A model generated the notes under the pieces. The model saw nothing but the letters and a program-made list of their open reading frames with translations. It ran no database searches and was not told the DNA's origin. A program made the position numbers and the translations under genes. Source: Alphaproteobacteria bacterium (lineage in GTDB: Bacteria; Pseudomonadota; Alphaproteobacteria; JABAAW01; JAHZMA01). Taken from it: a stretch of DNA of 64,000 bases. This document shows, piece by piece, positions 1 to 7,437 of this stretch (its first letter is position 1; each line of letters begins with the position of its first letter). The stretch lies in contig CBDBHZ010000012.1 in assembly GCA_965205905.1 (NCBI GenBank), forward strand, positions 7,869 through 71,868, in the 5' to 3' direction.

Positions 1-1084
1 AATTAGTTCCGCTAATAACAGGCAAAGTTTCTGGCGTTTCCGTTACCGTTTGCACCGTATTAATCGCAAGCGTATCAGCACTCTTAAATATATCTGCACC
101 GAATGCACCGAAATAATAGCTTTGCTTATCGGCCGCGCTTAGCAAAAATGTGCCCCCAAGCTCTCGTGCCACACTACCATAAAAGCGTGCATCAACCGTG
201 CCAGTTAGCCCACCAGCGCTTGTAATAGCACCATCGCTGATATAATGACTACCATCATCATTGGCAACAAAACTTAATTTTGTGCCATCATTTGTTGTAA
301 AATCAAGAGCCTCAACAGCATTACTCGCACAATCAGTTGCTTTACAGGTGTTAGCAGTGCTCAATATTAGCATTTTAGTTGAAAAATCAACAGTTGCGTT
401 GACATCAAATAGGGTGTTATAGCGTTCTTCTCCAGCACCATAAATACCACTGCCTTTGCCTGTGAATTTTACATTATCAGTTGTAAGGCTTGTGAAATCT
501 GTGGTTACACTTCCCGCAATCATCATACCGTCAATAGTCGTGCCATTGCTCCAACTCAGATGAGTTATTTCTTGCGAGTTAAAGCCAGTCCAAATTTTAT
601 CATTTGTAGAGACATTGAGTGTTACGCCATCAGCAATGCCAGTGAAAATAGTTGCTCTATCAGCCTCGTCTGCTGTATTTGCAGGTGCCTCATATTTTGC
701 GTTCACATAGGCGGTTACGCCAGATATATTTGTCCCAGTTAGTGAGAGAATAAGAATCGGGTCATCAATTTGGCTTACAACCAAACCATCGCGGAATATA
801 CCAAGACTATCACCGAGAGCACCATTACTGACACTATCATTTCTTATCTCTTCTTTTTTAGCTATTTTTGCTGCTTCGTCGGCACCCTCAAATAAATCGA
901 TTGTTGTTCTGGGCGCACCAATAGCAAATTCTATGGTGTCTGGCGTATCATCAGGTGTTTCAGCTGGTGGCGTATCAGATTTAGCAGAACCACCGCCGCC
1001 ACCACCACCACCACCGCCGTTACATGCGGTAAGTGCCACAGAAAAAATGGTGAACATGATGATTGAAAAGACTGAATTTTTCAT
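1..1084 (-). CDS. Modular surface lipoprotein with TbpB/fHbp-like handle-barrel repeats (N-terminal part; gene runs off the window start)
   Basis: Absent from the ORF track because no stop lies in the window. My translation of the minus strand from ATG 1084-1082 (AAGGAG upstream) gives MKNSVFSIIMFTIFSVALTAC-N-G10-SAKSD..., i.e. signal peptide, lipobox LTAC and Gly linker. The frame stays open to position 1 (checked codon by codon for 1-178). It contains ...TGTVDARFYGSVARELGGTFLLSAADKQSYYFGAFGA (about 95-200), the same barrel-closing motif as every module of 1377..6284. Confidence 0.75.
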   Translation of the reverse strand, partial: MKNSVFSIIMFTIFSVALTACNGGGGGGGGGGSAKSDTPPAETPDDTPDTIEFAIGAPRTTIDLFEGADEAAKIAKKEEIRNDSVSNGALGDSLGIFRDGLVVSQIDDPILILSLTGTNISGVTAYVNAKYEAPANTADEADRATIFTGIADGVTLNVSTNDKIWTGFNSQEITHLSWSNGTTIDGMMIAGSVTTDFTSLTTDNVKFTGKGSGIYGAGEERYNTLFDVNATVDFSTKMLILSTANTCKATDCASNAVEALDFTTNDGTKLSFVANDDGSHYISDGAITSAGGLTGTVDARFYGSVARELGGTFLLSAADKQSYYFGAFGADIFKSADTLAINTVQTVTETPETLPVISGTN

Positions 1085-1122
1085 AACTTATCTCCTTGAT
1101 ATGATTCGGTATACCACCTAAA

Positions 1123-1151
1123 AACATACAATATTTGACAAAATTTTGCAA
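1123..1151 (-). promoter_or_regulatory. Candidate sigma70-type promoter, TTGCAA-N17-TATGTT
   Basis: On the sense (minus) strand TTGCAA (1151-1146), a 17-nt spacer and TATGTT (1128-1123) sit about 40 nt upstream of ATG 1084. The same hexamers and spacing are conserved upstream of the paralog at 6323..6351. Confidence 0.4.
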
Positions 1152-1265
1152 TAATTTTTAAGGATAGTCCACATTAGGATGTGAATAAGCAAGAAAAATG
1201 CCATATTGTTTTTTATAATATCAAGGGGTGGCATAAAAAAAGCGGGGGTTGCGGTAGGGGGTAAT

Positions 1266-1317
1266 GGGGGGCGTCCTTGCGGTTAGCAAGGTCGCAAAGC
1301 CCCCCATATATTAATGA
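1266..1317 (-). repeat. Short intergenic repeat: TCATTAATATATGG box plus G6...C6 hairpin (copy A)
   Basis: The minus strand reads TCATTAATATATGGGGGGCTTTGCGACCTTGCTAACCGCAAGGACGCCCCCC. It has an inner stem CCTTGC/GCAAGG and an outer G6/C6 stem. The box recurs at 52357 and 52728. Confidence 0.5.
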
Positions 1318-1318
1318 T

Positions 1319-1352
1319 AAAAAAAGCGGGGGTTTTGACGCCCCCGCTTTTT
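1319..1352 (-). terminator. Rho-independent terminator of the 1377..6284 lipoprotein gene (bidirectional shape)
   Basis: Stem GCGGGGG (1326-1332) pairs with CCCCCGC (1341-1347) across an 8-nt loop. On the minus strand 7 T follow (A-run 1319-1325 on plus); on the plus strand 5 T follow. It lies 25 nt past the stop codon. Confidence 0.8.
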
Positions 1353-1376
1353 GATATTATATCACTCGAATTTTAA

Positions 1377-4300
1377 TTATTTTTGCGCGCCGAAATAGCC
1401 GATATAGGTTGCGGTAGGATTACTTACGATGAATGTGCCACCCATTTCTGCGGCATCTGGTCCGTAAAATCTGGCATTGGCTGTGCCTGACATTTCGTCG
1501 CCATTATTAGTATTTGCCCATTGTTCATCGTAATGAGCCTGTTTATTACCACCGCCACTATAGTAATCGTTACCACCTTTGGAGGCAATATTACCGCTGA
1601 TAGCATTAGTAGTTGAATTATAGCTTAATTTGCCTCTTAAATCATCATCAATTGCTAAGTATTCGTTTCCACAGTTGCTTTCATAACGAAAGCATGTGTC
1701 AAATGTTTTGAAATCGATACTATCTGCATCCGTTATATTCGCAAAATCAACTGTTAGTTTTACCTTAAAGTAACGCGCACGAGTATCACGATTAGCAGTT
1801 GAAGGAGTTTCAGGATAAATTGTGCCATTACCGCGCCCGGTAAATTCTACAGCAGTGCCAGATGTTGGAATATCACTGCCACTTTCAAAGCCAGTGATGC
1901 TATAGCCACGATGATTCGCGTCATTATGCCAAGCAATTGATGCCATATATTTGGCAGAAAAACCAAAATTACGAGACGAAGCCCTGCTGAATGCCATGAA
2001 TTCGGGGTCGGTAACCCCCATGTTACTGGATATATCCGCTTGGTCTACGACTAGGGATGGGGTTAGGACCATGACATTGTTTGAATTTGGTACGAGAGTG
2101 TTGACGAGAGTGAAGTTGCTCAGAGATTCTGTATCACCCGTGCCATCGTCGGCATCAAGCGTGATAGTATGTTGTTTATCATCAAAATAGCTAGAGACGC
2201 TTTCAACATTACCGCTGGCATCATAGCTGATTTCAGCGACTGCGCCAGTATGATGATTGCTATTCTGAGTTTCGACGGTTGTATCATAAGTTGCTTCCAC
2301 TGTTAATGCGTTCAGGGCGATGCCAACCTTACTGGTGGTGTCTTCACCCGTTACGTTAAAACCTGTCAATCCTTGAAGATTTATTGTTGGTGTGGTAATG
2401 GTGGTGGCTTTATCTTCTATGCTAACACTAAGCCCTGTTTTTGCACCAAAGACACCATAATAAAAAACGTCGGCACCGTTTAACGCAAATGCGCCACCAA
2501 ATTCATCGGCACCATAGAAACGGGCATCAATGTAACCTGTGAAACCTGAGGTAACGCGCGAATAACCACCGCCTGCACCATCAAAGTGATGGCTGAGTGT
2601 ATTGTTACTCCCATAATTGATGGCAGGTGTGGTGATGTCATAAGCATTATAATAGGTATCATCAATGGTAATTTGAACAGTAGTAGCGTCAAAATCAATA
2701 GCGGCTGTTACATTAAATGTTGAAGCATCTGTTGTAATGGCACTACCACTGCGCGTAACAATAGAACCTGTGCCTTTACCCTTAAAGGAAAAACTGCCAG
2801 TTTTACCACCAAGGACGCTATTAGAAGTTTCAATGCCTGCAAGCATTCTGCCATTAATAGCCGTATGCGTTTGCATTATATCGGTATTCGTGGCATCAAA
2901 TGCTGTCTTGGTTTGAGACCATGTAACATAAGCCATATATTTTGGCGTAAAGCCAAAAGTTGAATTGAGAGCTGCCCCTGTTTTCGCAGTTGCAGTTGTG
3001 TTATATTCAGCATCAGCAAAAGCAGTTACTGCTGTGCCATCACCATTCGCATCAAATGTAGCGGTAACCGCAGGGAGTGAGCTACCTGATGCAATGCGCG
3101 TTGCACCAATTTCTCTGGTAATGTCTTGGGTTTGACCCGTCCAATCACTAACAATATCGTTACGTTCGCGTGTGTAAATAGTGGCATCATTTCTATCAAC
3201 AGCAAGACCTTGCAGATTGATGCTTGTGCCAGCAGAATCAGCTAGCTCACCCATGTCTACAATAGTAAGTGTAGGCGTGGGTGTAAAGACTGTTTTATTT
3301 GCCACAGCAACAACTTCTGTTGTTGTGCCTGCGGTGAATGTATCGGTAAGCGTTCCAAATTTTGCACCAAACGCACCATAATAGCTTGTATTGCTGTTGG
3401 CAAGCGCAAATGTGCCACCAAATTCATCGGTGGTCGTGCCATAGAAACGCGCATCAAGCTGACCTGCCATGCCCGCAACCGTAGGATTCGCACCAACACC
3501 AAATTGATAATTGATGCTTGTATCTGCTTGCGTATAGTCGATGGCAGTGGTGGTGAAATCAAGCGTAGCAGTATCTGTGTTAGAAGTATTGGTGGTTTTA
3601 ATGGTTACATCATCAGTCGCAAAATTAACATCTGCACTCACATCAAATGTTACATTCTCAGATGAAAAAGTAGTGCCATTCCCTGTGTTATAAACGCCCG
3701 CGCCTTTACCCGTAAAACTGGTTGTGCCTGTAACACGAATCGCAGCGGTTTCAATACCCGCTATCATCATGTGGTGGCGACCCGTAACCGTTTGCGTGTT
3801 GGTTGTGGCATCAGTGGCAATAAGCGCGCCATCTTGTTGCCAAGTAACATACGCCATATATTCAGCATTCGCATTGCCCGCAAAGCCGAAAATCGTAGCT
3901 CTATCAATAGTCGCATTGCTATAGCTCGCATTATCATAGGCTGATACTGCTGAGAGAGACGTGCCATTATCACCAAATGTGAGCGTAACAGCAGGCGAAG
4001 TGATTCGCACTAAGTTTGAGGTGCGCGCAATGGTTAAACCATTGGGATTTTCTGCGCTAGCAACCAGCCAATCAGTGCCAGCATCGGTCCGCGTATAGAC
4101 ACTGCTATAATCATATTCCACAGCCACGCCTTGCAATGTTATATCTATTGCTGAATTGCCGTTTGCCGCGCCAGCAACAGCGGTGAGTGACGCATGGGTT
4201 TTGGTATCAACTGCCATAGGGTTTGTTGCCGCTATGTCATCACCAACTGCCGCACTATAGGTGATGGTATTGAGCGGAAGCGCATCACGGTCTGCACCAA

Positions 4301-6284
4301 ACGCGCCATAATAATAGCTATTGGCATTGGTTAGCGCGAATGTGCCACCCAATTCTTTGGCATTTGCGCCGTAAAAGCGTGCATCAAGCGTGCCTGCAAG
4401 CGAGGTAGTGCCAGTGTTTGCGCTTGTAACAGCCGCAGTGAGATTGTTGAAATCAGTGATTGTGGCGAAGTTGGTGAAATCAAGGCTACTGCCAATCGCG
4501 CCAACCGTGCCATTGGTGGCAATCGCTACATTAGGAGTGGTGAAATTAACAGTGGCGGTTACATTAAAGATGGTTGCCTCGCCTGCGGTGGCATCCGTAG
4601 CATCAGCATCATAGACGCCCGCGCCTTTGCCGGTAAATGTTACATTGCTAGCCGTGAGAGGTGTGAAATCAGCGGTTTCAATACCCGCAATCATCATGCC
4701 ATCAAAATCGGTGATTGTGTCTGTTGACAGGCTTGTGCCAAGGTCGTCATTGGTTTCAGTTTGGCTCCATGTAACATATGCCATATATTGCGAATCAGCA
4801 CCAAAGCCGAAAATCGCGCTTCTATCCACAGTGGCAGGCGTGATTGTGTGGACAGCATTAGCATAAGCTTTTACGCCCGTGATAGCATTACCAGCAATGG
4901 TGAGCTCAAGCGCAGGATTGCCACCAACTGGCGCAATGCGTGAGAGTGTGAAATCTTCAACAATTTGCAGATTGCTTTTATTGGTGATATCCCAAGCGCC
5001 ACTGGTTGCCTCGCGTGTGTATTTACGTGTGTGGTTGTAGTCAACCGCCAAGCCTTTCAAGACGATGGTAGCATCAGTTGTTAAATCTATGGCTGAGGTT
5101 GCATCTGGCGTTGTGCCAGTAGATGCGGTTGCGGTTGCATCTGGCGTTGCAGAAGTAAGAGAATTGATTGCCTCGCTGTTTTTGAAAGTGAAATCAATCG
5201 CCCCACGTTGTGCGCCGAACGCACCATAGTAATATTGTGTATCGGCTTGGGCAAGGGCAAATGTGCCACCCAATTCGTTCGCGCCAACAACCGTTTTATC
5301 AGCGGCATCAGTTTGAGCGTTACCATAAAAACGTGCATCAAGATGACCGTTCATACCAAGTAAAGAAAGGTTGGTAGTGATACTATTACCGCTATAGCTG
5401 AATGATTTTGCGGGGATATCAAGACTAGATGCAGTGATGCCTGTGTTACAAGTAGCGCCAGCATCACAAGCAGTGCCTGTGGTTGCAATTGTGAGCGTGT
5501 TGCTTGTAAACACAGCAGTCGCGGTTACACCAAATGTTACATTATCTGCTTTGGTGGCATTGCCATAAACGCCTTTGCCGTTACCCGTAAATATGGCAGT
5601 GCCTGTGCCGACGCCTGTTGGAACCGCAGTGGTTTCAATACCCGCAATCGCCATTGCCATTTTTGTATATTGTGTAGGTGGTGTGTCATCAAAATTGACG
5701 GCTTGCGAATCACTCCATGTAACATAAGCCATATATTTGGCATCAACATTACTAGTAAAGCTGAAAATATTCGCAGTCGCATCGCTACGCGCCTCGTCAG
5801 CATAGATGGTTGCGCCAGTAATTGCACCGCTAGCAAATGTAAGCCCAACAGCAGATGACGTGGGGGTGCGTGAGAGGGTTGCCGTGCGCGCGCGGGTTAA
5901 GCCTTTTGAATTATCTTCACCATCAACTTGCCAATCAACGCCATCAATACGGCTGTAAGCAGTGGATTCATTGAATGAAACTGTTAGAGCGGGGAGAGTG
6001 ATAGTAGAATCTGCAACCGCTGTGAGCGATGTATTGCCTTGTATATCAAGTGATTCGGTATTCGCTATCGTATCCAGTTCGGCTGAAAATTCGAATGTGT
6101 TTTCGGTATCGGCGCATTTGGTAAGGTCTTCAGGACATTCTTTTGTAGTAGCAGTAGGGGCAGGGTCAGTATCGGTATCGGTTGTATTGGCTGCGCCACC
6201 ACCACCGCCACCGCCACCATTACATGCGGTGAGTGCAACTGAAAAGATTGTGAATAAAATGATTGAAAAGACTGAATTTTTCAT
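1377..6284 (-). CDS. Giant modular surface lipoprotein (1635 aa) with five TbpB/fHbp-like handle-barrel modules
   Basis: ORF track gives 1377..6317. I trimmed the start to ATG 6284 (MKNSVF..., AAGGAG upstream) by homology with the paralog starting at 1084. It has a signal peptide, lipobox LTAC and a G8 linker. Five modules each carry ..YMAYVTWS.., ..FTGKG.G.Y.. and a closing ..DARFYG..E(L/F)GG(T/A)F....YYG.FGA. ARFYG codons lie near 5321, 4369, 3440, 2511 and 1462, a period of about 930-1050 nt. The motif pattern matches the 8-stranded barrel of TbpB C-lobe/fHbp/hemophilin-type lipoproteins. Confidence 0.85.
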   Translation of the reverse strand: MKNSVFSIILFTIFSVALTACNGGGGGGGGAANTTDTDTDPAPTATTKECPEDLTKCADTENTFEFSAELDTIANTESLDIQGNTSLTAVADSTITLPALTVSFNESTAYSRIDGVDWQVDGEDNSKGLTRARTATLSRTPTSSAVGLTFASGAITGATIYADEARSDATANIFSFTSNVDAKYMAYVTWSDSQAVNFDDTPPTQYTKMAMAIAGIETTAVPTGVGTGTAIFTGNGKGVYGNATKADNVTFGVTATAVFTSNTLTIATTGTACDAGATCNTGITASSLDIPAKSFSYSGNSITTNLSLLGMNGHLDARFYGNAQTDAADKTVVGANELGGTFALAQADTQYYYGAFGAQRGAIDFTFKNSEAINSLTSATPDATATASTGTTPDATSAIDLTTDATIVLKGLAVDYNHTRKYTREATSGAWDITNKSNLQIVEDFTLSRIAPVGGNPALELTIAGNAITGVKAYANAVHTITPATVDRSAIFGFGADSQYMAYVTWSQTETNDDLGTSLSTDTITDFDGMMIAGIETADFTPLTASNVTFTGKGAGVYDADATDATAGEATIFNVTATVNFTTPNVAIATNGTVGAIGSSLDFTNFATITDFNNLTAAVTSANTGTTSLAGTLDARFYGANAKELGGTFALTNANSYYYGAFGADRDALPLNTITYSAAVGDDIAATNPMAVDTKTHASLTAVAGAANGNSAIDITLQGVAVEYDYSSVYTRTDAGTDWLVASAENPNGLTIARTSNLVRITSPAVTLTFGDNGTSLSAVSAYDNASYSNATIDRATIFGFAGNANAEYMAYVTWQQDGALIATDATTNTQTVTGRHHMMIAGIETAAIRVTGTTSFTGKGAGVYNTGNGTTFSSENVTFDVSADVNFATDDVTIKTTNTSNTDTATLDFTTTAIDYTQADTSINYQFGVGANPTVAGMAGQLDARFYGTTTDEFGGTFALANSNTSYYGAFGAKFGTLTDTFTAGTTTEVVAVANKTVFTPTPTLTIVDMGELADSAGTSINLQGLAVDRNDATIYTRERNDIVSDWTGQTQDITREIGATRIASGSSLPAVTATFDANGDGTAVTAFADAEYNTTATAKTGAALNSTFGFTPKYMAYVTWSQTKTAFDATNTDIMQTHTAINGRMLAGIETSNSVLGGKTGSFSFKGKGTGSIVTRSGSAITTDASTFNVTAAIDFDATTVQITIDDTYYNAYDITTPAINYGSNNTLSHHFDGAGGGYSRVTSGFTGYIDARFYGADEFGGAFALNGADVFYYGVFGAKTGLSVSIEDKATTITTPTINLQGLTGFNVTGEDTTSKVGIALNALTVEATYDTTVETQNSNHHTGAVAEISYDASGNVESVSSYFDDKQHTITLDADDGTGDTESLSNFTLVNTLVPNSNNVMVLTPSLVVDQADISSNMGVTDPEFMAFSRASSRNFGFSAKYMASIAWHNDANHRGYSITGFESGSDIPTSGTAVEFTGRGNGTIYPETPSTANRDTRARYFKVKLTVDFANITDADSIDFKTFDTCFRYESNCGNEYLAIDDDLRGKLSYNSTTNAISGNIASKGGNDYYSGGGNKQAHYDEQWANTNNGDEMSGTANARFYGPDAAEMGGTFIVSNPTATYIGYFGAQK

Positions 6285-6322
6285 AATTAACTCCTTAGAT
6301 ATGATTCGGTATACCACCTAAA

Positions 6323-6351
6323 AACATATATTATTGCAAGAAATTTTGCAA
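6323..6351 (-). promoter_or_regulatory. Candidate sigma70-type promoter, TTGCAA-N17-TATGTT
   Basis: Sense-strand TTGCAA (6351-6346), a 17-nt spacer and TATGTT (6328-6323). Position and sequence are conserved with 1123..1151. Confidence 0.4.
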
Positions 6352-6510
6352 CCAAAATATAAAAGGCAATGCCAATGCCTGTGCATAAGCAAGAAAAATG
6401 CCAATATGTTTTGGCACAAATCTTGCTTAATATCGATTGGAAGAGTATATTTTGTATATGGGTTTTGAAAATGACACATATTATATAGTGTAAGAAATGG
6501 GGATTTAATA

Positions 6511-7437
6511 ATGGGCAGCGATATAGATTTACGGTTAGGGTTAGGGCGTGCCGTGCGCTCTACATTGCACACGTTGCAGAGTAATAAAGATTTAACCGAA
6601 CGCACTCAGATTCGCCTGACAACTGGCAAGAAAATCAATTCGGTGGTTGATGGCGTGATAGATTATTTCCGCAGTGAGGCGCTGATTGAGCGCTCCGATA
6701 TTTTTAAACGCAGGCGTGAAGAAGTTGGGCAGGCGGTGAGCAATCTTAAAGCCCATATCAGCGCATTGGATTCGCTAGAAGAATTTATTGACCAATTAAA
6801 AGGGCATGTTACAGCGGCGCGTGCCAAAACCGACCCCGAAGATAAGGAAGGCTTTACTGAAGCGTTTCGCGAAGTGGGGTATCAGCTTTTGTTGTTGGTG
6901 AATGATGTTGATTATAATGGGCTGAATTTGCTTGCCAGTGATAACAGTATCTTGACGGTGCGGTTTTCGGATATAGAAGAATCGCGCATTGATATTGTGG
7001 GGCAACAAGTGCTGGGCTCAAGGGTGTCGGCAGGCGGTTTGTTTAGCGAGGGCGTTTATAACCTTACCGCACCTGAATTTTTGGATAGCAATTTTGATTT
7101 AGGCTCTAGCAATTTTGCGGGGTTTTCTAACATTGATAATAGCAATATTTCGCAATCGGATGTGTTATATCAAAAATTGGAATTGGCAACAAACAGGATA
7201 GAAAATATCACCCGCAATTTGGGAAATCGCGTGGCTTTACTGCAAGGGCGTGAGCAATTTTTAACGCAATATACCACCGAATTATTGATTGGTTCTGAGA
7301 AAATTTCAACGGCTGACCTTGAAGAAGAAAGCGCAAATTCTGTGGCGCTGGAATTGAAGCATCAGATTGGGCTGACCTCTATCACCAATACCAACCGCAA
7401 TCATCAATATTTGTTGCAGATTATCAATAGCAGCTGA
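6511..7437 (+). CDS. Flagellin/FlgL-family protein (308 aa), orphan copy
   Basis: The N-terminus ..LQSNKDLTERTQIRLTTGKKINSVVDGVIDYFRSE.. and C-terminus ..ISTADLEEESANSVALELKHQIGLTSITNTNRNHQYLLQII resemble the conserved terminal helices of flagellin family proteins (alpha-type ..YW/YF.. variant). A central ..YNGLNLL.. motif is present. No other flagellar gene is in the window. Confidence 0.6.
   Translation: MGSDIDLRLGLGRAVRSTLHTLQSNKDLTERTQIRLTTGKKINSVVDGVIDYFRSEALIERSDIFKRRREEVGQAVSNLKAHISALDSLEEFIDQLKGHVTAARAKTDPEDKEGFTEAFREVGYQLLLLVNDVDYNGLNLLASDNSILTVRFSDIEESRIDIVGQQVLGSRVSAGGLFSEGVYNLTAPEFLDSNFDLGSSNFAGFSNIDNSNISQSDVLYQKLELATNRIENITRNLGNRVALLQGREQFLTQYTTELLIGSEKISTADLEEESANSVALELKHQIGLTSITNTNRNHQYLLQIINSS

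Noticed and set aside
933-1121. 62-aa plus-strand ORF with a poly-proline run (also 5962..6321, 119 aa)
   Set aside because: Both are the antisense shadow of the (GGN)n Gly linker and signal peptide of the minus-strand lipoprotein genes. They have no RBS, and the minus-strand reading gives a canonical lipoprotein N-terminus.
1377-6284. A sequence periodicity of about 930 nt that could suggest a non-coding repeat array or CRISPR-like structure
   Set aside because: The periodicity lies inside one uninterrupted 4.9-kb reading frame and corresponds to protein modules. The repeats are long, diverged and have no spacer architecture.
6285-6510. Sigma-28 (TAAA-N15-GCCGATAA) promoter upstream of the flagellin-like gene
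   Set aside because: Only a weak ATCGAT fragment (about 6431) is present, with no TAAA element at the right distance. No call is made.
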